Positions 51,212-60,307 are shown, counted from the stretch's first letter. The stretch is DNA of 64,000 bases from Deltaproteobacteria bacterium (GCA_040218735.1 JAVJQW010000018.1:128001-192000), one strand, 5' to 3'. Notes: generated by a model from the letters alone, not told the origin. Translations and numbers: made by a program.

Positions 51212-51609
51212 ACGACGCGGAGCTACAGGCGCTCGCGGAGGATCTCGCGAGCGACGACCTCGAGACACGGTTGGCGACGCTGGCCGCGCTCCGGTCCGCG
51301 CCGGAGGCCGACCGCCGAGTCCTCACGCTCCTCGAAGCACGCCTCGACGATCGTGCGATCGGCTTGGTGTCGATGCCGCCGCGCATCGGCGAGGTCCGCA
51401 CCGCCGTCGTCGACGCGCTCGACGCCACGCGCCGCGCGCTCGACCTGCCGGCCACCCATCGAATCGAGGATGTGCACCCCGCGCTCTCCGCGACGGAGGT
51501 GGAGTCGCTCGCCGCGGCGAACGGCGTAGAGCTCCCGGCGGATCCGGTCGAGGCCTACAAAGCGTTGCGCGACGCAGGGGTGCTGCCGACCCGCGAGCGG
51601 GTGATCTGA
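51208..51609 (+). CDS. Small HEAT-like protein, candidate immunity protein
   Basis: GTGA overlap with the toxin-like gene; 133 aa, acidic. Confidence 0.68.
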   Translation: MNDAELQALAEDLASDDLETRLATLAALRSAPEADRRVLTLLEARLDDRAIGLVSMPPRIGEVRTAVVDALDATRRALDLPATHRIEDVHPALSATEVESLAAANGVELPADPVEAYKALRDAGVLPTRERVI

Positions 51610-51613
51610 GCGC

Positions 51614-53209
51614 TCAGGGGAGCGCGTCGGTCGTCGTCGCGGTCGATACGCCGAGCTCGGCCGCTCGCTTGGCACACTCGGGCCCCATCACAGACTCGCA
51701 GATCCTTCGGTACGCGGTGAGGACCCGCGGGTGGTCGTGGCCGCCGATCACCACGGCCTCTGCGTAACGAAGCACACTGGCGTCGGGGGCGCCGCCGTCC
51801 AGCATCTGCGCGAGGATGTGTTGCGGCGCCTTCGTGAACCTCGACAACGCGATGCGAACCTCCGAGCCCGACTTCGTCGAGATCGAGCGCGGCGGCTTGC
51901 GAAAGGCGTAGTCGACGTTCGTGAACGTGTAGAAGTCGTCGCCGAACGCGAACTCGTACTCGGGGTTTCGGCTCCTGTCGCCGTACACGACCTCTTCGAA
52001 GAGGAAGACGTCGGCGCCCATCACGCTGAAGACGAAGACCGTCGAGCCGGACCAGCGGCCGACCAGCCCGTCTTCCACGACGATCTCACGCGTGTACTGG
52101 TGCCCGTTGGCGAGGCGGACGTCGACCGCGTGACGTCCCTCGGAGATCTCGACCTCGATGATGCCCGTACCCACGATGTGGGGCGCGCCGTCGATCGTCA
52201 CCGATGCGGGACCCTTGCACCCGTTCGTGATTCGGAGTGTTCGGTGCTCTTCGAGCCAGCCGTCGATGAAGAACGCTCCGACGCTCGCGCCAACGAACAC
52301 GACGGCGCCGATCGCGATCGCGAGGCCTCGCTTGGGCTTCGGCACGATCGTGCTCGTCACGTTTCGCGCCGTCTCCATCTTGCGCACCGAGCTCACGACC
52401 TTTGTGTTGGCGCGGGCCACGTCGGGGAAGAGGGCGATCAGCCGCCGGTAACACGCGTAGGCCTCCTCTTCGCGGTGGTCGCGTTCGAGGCCCTGCGCGG
52501 TCTTCAGCAGGAGGCTGTAGTCCGGTTTGCGCTCGGGGGTGCGGATGTCTTCGAGGGCGCGCTTGGCCTCGGTGAAGTCTTGGCGTCGAACCGCGTCGTT
52601 CGCCCGTTCGCGAAGCGCGTCGTCGTCGTCGACGGGCTCGCCGTCCGGGGAGATCGGGACGTCGGCGTAGACGCTCACGTCGCCCTCTTTCGTCCGCGCG
52701 ATGACCTTGCGCTCGTGTCCCTCCGCGGTGGGCTCGCCGAACGCCGACCAGCGTACGCGATGGGGCATTCGCTTCAGTGTACGGAGCGCCTGGACGACGA
52801 TGATCGCGTCGCATACGAGCCCGAACGCCGCGACCGCGACGCCGACGATCGGCACGCCGCCCAACGCGAAGGCCACGCCGAGGCCCAGGAACACAACCGC
52901 CGCCACGACCACGAACATGGCTTTCGGCTTCCAGAAGGCCCTCCGCGCCGCACGGTCCAGCGCGCTGCACCGCCGGCACGGGGAGAGGCGCGCCGCCTCG
53001 ATCGCGTCGTCGAGCAGCGCGGAGTAGGCCCGTTTGGCCGCCGTTCGTTTGGCTGAATCGACCCCCGTGCCGTAGACGGAGGTCCCGGTGCCCTGGCCGA
53101 GCGCGTCGACGATGCCGAAGGACTTACCGCGGCACGCGGGGCAGGTGCGTTCGATGTGTACGGTGCGCTCGAGCGATACCGTATGGTCTTCGGTGATGAG
53201 GACGACCAC
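51614..53209 (-). CDS. Membrane protein with CxxC pairs, TPR and extracytoplasmic beta domain
   Basis: CPAC and CRRC pairs, three TM segments, TPR-like helices. Confidence 0.78.
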   Translation of the reverse strand: MVVLITEDHTVSLERTVHIERTCPACRGKSFGIVDALGQGTGTSVYGTGVDSAKRTAAKRAYSALLDDAIEAARLSPCRRCSALDRAARRAFWKPKAMFVVVAAVVFLGLGVAFALGGVPIVGVAVAAFGLVCDAIIVVQALRTLKRMPHRVRWSAFGEPTAEGHERKVIARTKEGDVSVYADVPISPDGEPVDDDDALRERANDAVRRQDFTEAKRALEDIRTPERKPDYSLLLKTAQGLERDHREEEAYACYRRLIALFPDVARANTKVVSSVRKMETARNVTSTIVPKPKRGLAIAIGAVVFVGASVGAFFIDGWLEEHRTLRITNGCKGPASVTIDGAPHIVGTGIIEVEISEGRHAVDVRLANGHQYTREIVVEDGLVGRWSGSTVFVFSVMGADVFLFEEVVYGDRSRNPEYEFAFGDDFYTFTNVDYAFRKPPRSISTKSGSEVRIALSRFTKAPQHILAQMLDGGAPDASVLRYAEAVVIGGHDHPRVLTAYRRICESVMGPECAKRAAELGVSTATTTDALP

Positions 53210-53227
53210 GACGCTCGGGGTCGCCCA

Positions 53228-54244
53228 TCAGGACTCGCGGATCGGCGTGAGTCGTGTCTTCAGGAACGCGATGACCTCTTCCTTGTCGCCCTGGTGGGAG
53301 ACGCAGAACTTCGCGAGCCAGTCGTAGCGGTGGAGCATGAGGAACAGCCACACGATGAAGAAGTCGATCTTCTCGAAGATGATCGCGCCCTCCTCCTCGT
53401 AGCGTTTGCGGTTGCGCTCGAGCTCCTGCGGCATCTCCGTCCAGTGCATGCGCGGGTAGAGGTGGTGCGCGATGTGGTAGCCGTCGTTGAAGGCGCGGCG
53501 GTTGTAGCGCGTGTTGATGCAGGTGATCGCGTTCTTGTAGGCGTTGAGCGGATCCGCCGTGTCGATGAACGCGTGTTGGCCCCAGTTACCGGCCATCATC
53601 AAGAAGCGCGTGATGACGAACGGCAGCACCAGCACGAAGAGCGCGGCGATCGGCTTGAAGTAGAGTGTGACCGCGAAGAGCGCGTAGATGGACAGCTCGC
53701 CGGTGAGCATCTGGCGCGTCAGCTTCGTGCGGTTCTTCTTCATCATGTAGCGCGCCACGTCGAAGATGGAGATGAAGTAGAAGCGCGTCAGGTAGCGGAG
53801 GAAGTGGAACGGGTTGTCACGCTGGAAGCGCATCGTCGAGCTCGCGTCGAGCACGCCGTTGTTCTCGGGGTGGTGCATCCCGATGTGGTGCGCGAAGTAC
53901 GTTCGCGGCGTCATCCCGAACAGCGGCATGAGCACCCACTCGGTGTACGTGTTGATCCACTTGTACTCCTTCTTGAAGACTGGGTAGTGGATCATGTTGT
54001 GGTTCATGAGGATGAACCGGTCGAGGATGTTCAACATCACCACGAGGTGAATGACGCCCAACCACCACGGCGGGTTGGGTAGCGCGAACATCACGACGGC
54101 GATCGGCAGCAGGAACACCGACGCCGTCGTCAGGACGACGAGGAAGTCGAAGTCACGTTCGTTGCGCAGCACCGTCTGGGCGACGCGCTCCGACAGGCCC
54201 AGCCGCGGTTGGGACGCGACGACCGGATCCTCGATGGCATACAT
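53228..54244 (-). CDS. Membrane fatty acid desaturase family protein
   Basis: His boxes HNMIH, HHIGMHH and HIAHH. Confidence 0.92.
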   Translation of the reverse strand: MYAIEDPVVASQPRLGLSERVAQTVLRNERDFDFLVVLTTASVFLLPIAVVMFALPNPPWWLGVIHLVVMLNILDRFILMNHNMIHYPVFKKEYKWINTYTEWVLMPLFGMTPRTYFAHHIGMHHPENNGVLDASSTMRFQRDNPFHFLRYLTRFYFISIFDVARYMMKKNRTKLTRQMLTGELSIYALFAVTLYFKPIAALFVLVLPFVITRFLMMAGNWGQHAFIDTADPLNAYKNAITCINTRYNRRAFNDGYHIAHHLYPRMHWTEMPQELERNRKRYEEEGAIIFEKIDFFIVWLFLMLHRYDWLAKFCVSHQGDKEEVIAFLKTRLTPIRES

Positions 54245-54304
54245 GGCCTCGCTTCAAACGCGATTGCCCTGGATGGGGCAATCCGAAATCCGTTCGTGAA
54301 CGGA

Positions 54305-55369
54305 TCAGCGGCGTGGGCGGCCCGGGCGCCGTGGTCCGCCGCGCGGGGCGCCACGGCCCGCGCTGCGCCGAGGAGCGCCCGGACGGCCCCGAGGGCGTGG
54401 ACCTCGGCTCGGGCCGGCGCCGCGGGGAGCCCCCGGACGCCGCGGTGCGGGCGAATTTCGTTCGGGTCGCTCGGCGGGTTTGGGCGCGGCCGCCTGCTTC
54501 TTGGCCTCGAGCTGCTGCATGACCACGGAGATCGTGGCGCGCGCACGTCGCGTGGACTCGTGCCGTGCGTCGGGGTCGAGCTCACACGCGCGTAGCAGAT
54601 CCTTGGCGCCCTCCACCATGTCGCCTTCGAGCATCCGAACCTCGCCTCGGTTGGCGTAGGCGTGCGGAGCGCTCGCGTCGAGCGTGATGGCGCGGGAGTA
54701 CGATTTGATCGCGTCGGCGTTTCGGTCCTGACGCTGCGCGACGGAGCCGAGGACGAGGTGGAAGTAGGCGTCCTTCGGGTCGAGGGCGACGAGGCCTTCG
54801 AAGACCTTCCGCGCCGCGTCGAGCTTGCCGGCCTGGAGGTTACGGTGACCGAGCGCGGCCATCTCGTACTGCTCCTCTTTCGAGATCCCCTCGAGCTCTC
54901 CGAGGGTGATCACGCCGGTGATGAACTGGGTCAGGCGCTTCGGATCCCAAGCGACCTTCTTGTTGCCCTCGGCCTTCGCGGGTGCCTTCGCTGGCGCTTC
55001 GGCCTTCGCCGGCGCGCGGCGTGGCGGCGCGGGGGCCTTCTTGGGCGGGAGGTTCGCGATCTTCTGGCCCGGCCCGGGCCCCGGCGCACGACCGGTCGGC
55101 GGCGCGCGTCGGACCGAGGTGGGCGGCTGCCCGGGGTTGCGCTTCGGTGGAGGCTTGGCCTGCGGTGTGGGCTCGGGCTGCGGAACGGCGGCGGCGTTCA
55201 CCTGCGTGTCGGCCTGATCGACCTCCGCCTTCTTCACCCGGACGCGGGTCTCGGTGCGTGCGGCGATCCGGCCGGACATGAGCGCGCCGGACAGATCCTG
55301 CTCGAGCCTCTTGCGCTTGGCGAGCCGCTCTCGCGCTTCGTCCTTCTTTCCGCCGTCGTCGTCGGCCAT
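54305..55369 (-). CDS. SycD/LcrH-like TPR chaperone with disordered Pro/Arg-rich termini
   Basis: 'LGELEGISKEEQYEMA.LG....AGK...A..VFEGLVALDP.DAYF...LG'. Confidence 0.78.
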   Translation of the reverse strand: MADDDGGKKDEARERLAKRKRLEQDLSGALMSGRIAARTETRVRVKKAEVDQADTQVNAAAVPQPEPTPQAKPPPKRNPGQPPTSVRRAPPTGRAPGPGPGQKIANLPPKKAPAPPRRAPAKAEAPAKAPAKAEGNKKVAWDPKRLTQFITGVITLGELEGISKEEQYEMAALGHRNLQAGKLDAARKVFEGLVALDPKDAYFHLVLGSVAQRQDRNADAIKSYSRAITLDASAPHAYANRGEVRMLEGDMVEGAKDLLRACELDPDARHESTRRARATISVVMQQLEAKKQAAAPKPAERPERNSPAPRRPGAPRGAGPSRGPRPRGRPGAPRRSAGRGAPRGGPRRPGRPRR

Positions 55370-55420
55370 CGCTTCGCCGAGTCTAGCCTACACCCCGCGG
55401 CAGAGCGAAATTCGAACCCC

Positions 55421-57919
55421 TTACAGGCCGGCGTAGGCGCTGAGGCGCTGGAGCGTCACGGCGTAGGTTCGCGCGTCCTCGTCGGTGAGGTTGTCGCGAA
55501 TCCGGGCGAGGTAGTCGTGGTCGATCGAGTCGACGAGCCGACGGAACCCCGCTTCGTCGTACCGCGCGAGCTCCGAGATGGCCGCGCGGGCGTTCGAGTC
55601 CGTGACCACCCAGTCCCCGATGCCGTACGTCAGCGCGTCCTCGATCCGGTCCTTCGCGCCCGAGAAGTCCGTCAGCGGCGCGCCGCGGTTGTTCACCAGG
55701 GTGCGGAGCCGGTCGAGCGTCGGCCCGTACGTCTCGCGGTCACTGTCGGAGAGGTTGTCCTCCAGACGGTAGAGCATGTCCGGGCCGAGGTGCTCGGCGA
55801 CTTCGGCGAGCTGGTCGGAGGGCAGGCGGCTCATGCGGTCGAGGACGCCGCGGGCGTCGGCCTCGCTGATGTTCCAGTCGAGGATGCCGCGCGACAGATC
55901 ACTCTCGAGGTCCTCGACGAGCTCCCGGGTCGACGCCGTCTCCTCGCGGCGGAAGTTCCGCGCGAGGTTCAGGCGGTCGATCGTCGGGCCGTACCGCTCG
56001 CGGTCGGCGTCCGAGAGATTGTCGACGATCCGCGACGTGAGATCCGGACCGAGCTCGTCGATCACCTCGGCGACCTGGTCGGTCGGGATCTGCGAGAGGA
56101 AGTCGAGCGCGTCGCGCGCCTCGTCTTCGGTGACGGCCCAGTCGACGACGCCGTACTCGAGCTTGTCCCGCATCTCGGCGACCAGCTCGGACGTCTCACG
56201 CCGCTCGCCGGTCGGGATGTTGGTCACCACACCGAGCGCCTCGAGCGTCGACGCGTACGCGGCCTTGTCCTCGTCCGTGAGGTTGTCGTGCAGCCGGGAG
56301 ATCGACTCCGGGCCGAGCTCGCGCGCGATCGCCTGGAGGTCCGCCGGGCTGTGGTGCGACAGCTCGCGGATGACGTCGTGCGCCTCTTCGTCCGTGATCG
56401 CCCAGTCCGCGATGCCGTACTCGAGCTTCTCGCGGAGTCGGTTGACGAGGTTCTCGCGCGCCGTCGCGCTCATCTGCTCGTCGCCGATGGTCGCGTCGAC
56501 CGCGATCTCCATCTCGCGGTCCTCGACCGGAGCGCGACCGATGTCGCGGCGGCCGACCGCTTCGTCGATGTCGCGACCGGAGCGTGCGACGCGGTGCTGC
56601 AACAGGCGCGCGACGCTGTCGTCCGCGCCGCGGCGCGAAGTGCTCGGACCCTGGAAGCCACCGTTCGCGAGGTCGAAGGCCTCGAGGCGGTTGCGGTTGG
56701 CGCCGCTGCGCTGCTGCTGTCCGACGCCCGAGATGATCTGGTCGACCAGCGCGGCCGCGTCCATCGCGCTCGGGTTGGCCTGCGCCGGAGCGCTCGGGAT
56801 GTAGCCGCGGAGGTTGTTCGTCGCGGCGGCGTAGTCGGTCTGCATGCCCTGCGACTGCGCGTACATCTGCATGAGGTACGCGAGCGCCTGCATGCCCTGG
56901 TCCCAGCTCTGGGTCTGCGGCATCCCGCCGAACATCTGCTCGAAGTACTGCTGCAGCTGCTGCATCTGCGCCGCCTGCGGGCTCTGGCGCGCGTTGACGC
57001 TCTGCTGCGCCGCCTGCGCGTACTGCTGATACGCGCCGCTCGTGCCGAGCAGGTAGTCCGCGACGAGGTCGCCGTACGCGTCCGAGCCGCCGGCCGACTG
57101 GATGCCGCCGGAGATGACGGATCGGATGTCCTCGATCTCGGAGCGGAGCATCCGCTCGTAGTCCTGCGTACCGAACTCGGGGCGGAGCGACTCGTCGACG
57201 ACGAACGCGCCGAACGGGTCCGCGCCGTCCTCGCCCATCACGCCGAGGTACTGCCCGAGGTGCGAAGCGGCCCACGCGACGTCGCCTTCGCCGGCGGCGT
57301 CGTTGTAGCCGCCCATGTGGAACGTGGCGCCTTCGAAGTTCTGCTCGACGGCGTCCATGCGGTACGCGTAGCCGCCGTCGCGGACGCGACCCACGTGGGG
57401 GTCGTCGCCGAGGTTGCCGACGTCGACGCGGCTGTCGCCGTGCACCAACGTGAAGTTCTTGAGCGTGCCGTCCTCTTCGAAGTCGAGCGTGAACATCGCG
57501 CCGTTCGGCAGGACGTAGTTGCCGTCGGTCGCTTCCCACTCGGTGCCGTCGGCCTCGGTGACCATGTTGCCGCGGAAGAGGGTCTCGGCGCGCCCGCCGT
57601 CACGGCCGGGGACGTCGATGCGGAGCTCGTTCTCGTCGAAGCGGAACGTGTACCCGTCGGTCGTGGTGATCGTGCCGTCGCGACGCGACGCTTCGATCCC
57701 GCGCGCGTCGCTGTCCGACGTGGGGACGTAAGCCGCGCCCGGCGCGTTGTCGAAGGTGACCGTCGCGCGGCTGCCCTCGAGCGTGTCGCCGTCGAGCATG
57801 ACGATCGCGACGTTGCCGGCCTCGATCGAGTCCCCACCGAGCAGCTCGCGGAGCGCGGCCGCCTGTGCGGGGTCGGAGATGATCTGAGCCTGGAGGGACT
57901 GACGCGTGAGTGTGGTCAT
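55421..57919 (-). CDS. Candidate secreted protein: DUF1521/MIIA-like domain, Q/M-rich linker, four ~80-aa helical repeats
   Basis: 832 aa, acidic, no signal peptide; four 'L.YG..DW..T..EA...LGP....L.DNL.D.D...Y..TL' repeats. Confidence 0.8.
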   Translation of the reverse strand: MTTLTRQSLQAQIISDPAQAAALRELLGGDSIEAGNVAIVMLDGDTLEGSRATVTFDNAPGAAYVPTSDSDARGIEASRRDGTITTTDGYTFRFDENELRIDVPGRDGGRAETLFRGNMVTEADGTEWEATDGNYVLPNGAMFTLDFEEDGTLKNFTLVHGDSRVDVGNLGDDPHVGRVRDGGYAYRMDAVEQNFEGATFHMGGYNDAAGEGDVAWAASHLGQYLGVMGEDGADPFGAFVVDESLRPEFGTQDYERMLRSEIEDIRSVISGGIQSAGGSDAYGDLVADYLLGTSGAYQQYAQAAQQSVNARQSPQAAQMQQLQQYFEQMFGGMPQTQSWDQGMQALAYLMQMYAQSQGMQTDYAAATNNLRGYIPSAPAQANPSAMDAAALVDQIISGVGQQQRSGANRNRLEAFDLANGGFQGPSTSRRGADDSVARLLQHRVARSGRDIDEAVGRRDIGRAPVEDREMEIAVDATIGDEQMSATARENLVNRLREKLEYGIADWAITDEEAHDVIRELSHHSPADLQAIARELGPESISRLHDNLTDEDKAAYASTLEALGVVTNIPTGERRETSELVAEMRDKLEYGVVDWAVTEDEARDALDFLSQIPTDQVAEVIDELGPDLTSRIVDNLSDADRERYGPTIDRLNLARNFRREETASTRELVEDLESDLSRGILDWNISEADARGVLDRMSRLPSDQLAEVAEHLGPDMLYRLEDNLSDSDRETYGPTLDRLRTLVNNRGAPLTDFSGAKDRIEDALTYGIGDWVVTDSNARAAISELARYDEAGFRRLVDSIDHDYLARIRDNLTDEDARTYAVTLQRLSAYAGL

Positions 57920-57935
57920 GATGTGCCGCCGAGAA

Positions 57936-57962
57936 TTATCGCGGGGAAACGAACCTTGTTGC
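57936..57962 (-). promoter_or_regulatory. Possible sigma28/FliA-like promoter GCAAC-N16-CGATAA
   Basis: Lies in an AT-rich island about 17 nt upstream of the ATG at 57919. Confidence 0.4.
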
Positions 57963-58145
57963 GTAAAAATACAAATGATTTCAGGCGTGTACGCTGATGT
58001 GGTAATGGGTGTGTAAGCGTTCTACAGATCGACGGGTCTTACGTCCCGGAACCTGCCGATCGAGGGGATGCCGACGTTGGGGCTCTCGCCCTCCGCCCGC
58101 TGTCCGGTTTTCAAGGCCCCGGGTTGGCCCCGATGATTCTCGACG

Positions 58146-59135
58146 ATGCGCGCACGGATAGCGGGGACCGGGGCCTACTTGCCCGAGCGCGTCATGACGA
58201 ACGCTGAAGTCTGCGCGGGCGCCCCCGGGTGCAGCGCGGACTGGATCGTCGAAAAGCTCGGCATTCACGAGCGACGCATCGCGGCGCCCGACGAGCAGAC
58301 CAGCGACATGGCCGTCGCCGCCGCCAAGAAGGCGATCGCAATGGCGGGCATCGAAGCCGAAGAGCTCGACGGGATCATCTGCTCGGTCGGCACGGGCGAC
58401 GTCCCCGTGCCCGCGACCGGTTGTTACATTCAAGAGAAGCTCGGCATCGCCCACACGAAGGGCTTCGCGTTCGACATCAAGATGGCGTGCGCGGGTGCGG
58501 TCGGCGGCACGATGCTCGCGCGCGGGCTCATCGAGTCCGGCATCGCGAAGAACGTGCTCGTCGTCGGCACGCAGATCATCAGCCGCACCACGCTCGACTG
58601 GACGGACCGCAGCATCGCGCCGATCTTCGGTGACGGTGCGGGCGCCGTCGTGATGACGCCCTCGCCGGACGACAGCGGCATCCTGCAGAGCAAGCTCCGC
58701 ACGGACGGTTCGCTCACCGGGATCGTCGGGCAGTACGTCGGCGGGACGCAGACCTGGTACTCGCCGGAGGCGCTCGAGAACGGCGACGTCAAGCTGGTCA
58801 TGGACGGCCGCAAGGTCTGGGACTGTGCCGTCACCGAGCTCCCCGCGGTCATCGAGTCGGTGATCACGGAGGGCGGGTACACCGTCGACGACGTCGACTT
58901 CGTCGTCGCGCACCAGGCGAACAAACGCCTGCTCACGCACGTCCTGGAGCGGACGCGGATTCCGCTCTCGAAGACGTACACGAACATCGAACACTACGGA
59001 AACACGGTCGCGGCGAGCGCGTTCATCGCGCTCGACGAGTCCGTCAGGCAGGGACACGTTTCACGCGGAGACCTCATCGTGCTCGTCGCCATCGGCGCGG
59101 GGATGATCTGGGGCGCGCACCTGATTCGCTGGTAG
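58146..59135 (+). CDS. fabH: 3-oxoacyl-ACP synthase III
   Basis: Catalytic C (MACAG), H (AHQAN) and N (YGNT); 'FGDGAGA'. Confidence 0.93.
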   Translation: MRARIAGTGAYLPERVMTNAEVCAGAPGCSADWIVEKLGIHERRIAAPDEQTSDMAVAAAKKAIAMAGIEAEELDGIICSVGTGDVPVPATGCYIQEKLGIAHTKGFAFDIKMACAGAVGGTMLARGLIESGIAKNVLVVGTQIISRTTLDWTDRSIAPIFGDGAGAVVMTPSPDDSGILQSKLRTDGSLTGIVGQYVGGTQTWYSPEALENGDVKLVMDGRKVWDCAVTELPAVIESVITEGGYTVDDVDFVVAHQANKRLLTHVLERTRIPLSKTYTNIEHYGNTVAASAFIALDESVRQGHVSRGDLIVLVAIGAGMIWGAHLIRW

Positions 59136-59158
59136 GTGAGGAAGTTGGGTTTTTCGTC

Positions 59159-60214
59159 ATGACGATCGTTCACGTTCCCGAGCGGCCCCGATTCGACAAC
59201 GCGCTCACGCGCCTGTTCGGGATCGACTATCCGATCATCCAGGGCGCCATGGCTTGGCTCTCGGAAGCGGAGCTGGTCGCGGCTGTCTCGAACGAGGGCG
59301 GCCTCGGCGTGCTCGGCGCGTCGATCATGAGCGTCGACGAGTTCGAGGTGCAGGTCGTCAAGGCGAAGCAGCTCACCGACCGCCCCTTCGCCGTGAACTT
59401 CCCGCTCGTCCTCGGTGACTACCGCGAGCACCTCGAGATGGTGCTGTCGCACGGCGTCCGGATCATCTTCATGTCCGCCGGCTCGCCGAAGGTGCTCACG
59501 CCCCGCATCAAGGAAGCCGGCGCGCTGTGTGTGCACGTCGTCCCGAACCTCCGCCTCGCGCAGAGCGCCGTCAAACACGGCGTCGACGCGGTGGTGCTCG
59601 AGAGCTGCGAAGCCGGCGGCCACGTGTCGACCGAGGGCATCACGGCGATCACCAACATCCCGAACGTCGCGCGCAAGCTCGGCGTCCCGCTCATCGCGGC
59701 CGGCGGCATCGTCGACGGCCTCGGCATGGCGGCGGCGATGTGCCTCGGCGCCGACGGCATTCAGATGGGCACGCGGTTCCTCGCCACCCAGGAGAGCAAC
59801 GCGCCGGCCATCTACCAGAAGATGCTGCTCGAGGCGCAGGAGGGTGACATCCCCGTCCACTCCAAGAAGTTCCACCCCGGGCGCGCGCTGCGCTCCCCGG
59901 TGATCGAGAAGGTCTTGGAGATGGAGAAGGCCGACGAGCCGACCGAGTCCGTCCGCGCCTTCATCGGCCGGGGCCGCGCGAAGAAGGCCGCGCACGACGG
60001 CAACGTCGAGGAAGGCATCTTCTACGCCGGCGCCGGCGCGGGGATGCTCGACGACGTCATCACGGTGCGCGAGCTCTTCGACCAGCTCCTCGCCGAGTAC
60101 AAGGGCGCCGTGATGCGCGCCGCCGGGTTGATGGTGACGGCCGAAGCCCCCGCGCAGGAGACCGAGCGCCCGTCGCGCACCCCGCGCGCGCGCACCGCAT
60201 CCGTTCGCGGCTGA
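59159..60214 (+). CDS. FabK-like enoyl-ACP reductase / nitronate monooxygenase family
   Basis: 'YPIIQGAM', 'EAGGH', 'IAAGGI', 'QMGTRF'; follows fabH. Confidence 0.9.
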   Translation: MTIVHVPERPRFDNALTRLFGIDYPIIQGAMAWLSEAELVAAVSNEGGLGVLGASIMSVDEFEVQVVKAKQLTDRPFAVNFPLVLGDYREHLEMVLSHGVRIIFMSAGSPKVLTPRIKEAGALCVHVVPNLRLAQSAVKHGVDAVVLESCEAGGHVSTEGITAITNIPNVARKLGVPLIAAGGIVDGLGMAAAMCLGADGIQMGTRFLATQESNAPAIYQKMLLEAQEGDIPVHSKKFHPGRALRSPVIEKVLEMEKADEPTESVRAFIGRGRAKKAAHDGNVEEGIFYAGAGAGMLDDVITVRELFDQLLAEYKGAVMRAAGLMVTAEAPAQETERPSRTPRARTASVRG

Positions 60215-60307
60215 GCGTCGGCCGAGTCGGCGTGAGGAAACGCTGAATCGGCGCGCCGAATCGGCGCGATCGTCCGCGTCGAACGTCACGGGGCGCGGAG
60301 ACGCGCC

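Noticed and set aside
57962-57992. Possible dif or att recombination site in the AT-rich island
   Set aside because: Does not match the XerC/XerD dif consensus, and no integrase or partner repeat is present.
53228-60214. Desaturase + fabH + fabK-like genes as a secondary-metabolite cluster
   Set aside because: No ACP, PKS or tailoring genes, and the desaturase is separated by unrelated genes.
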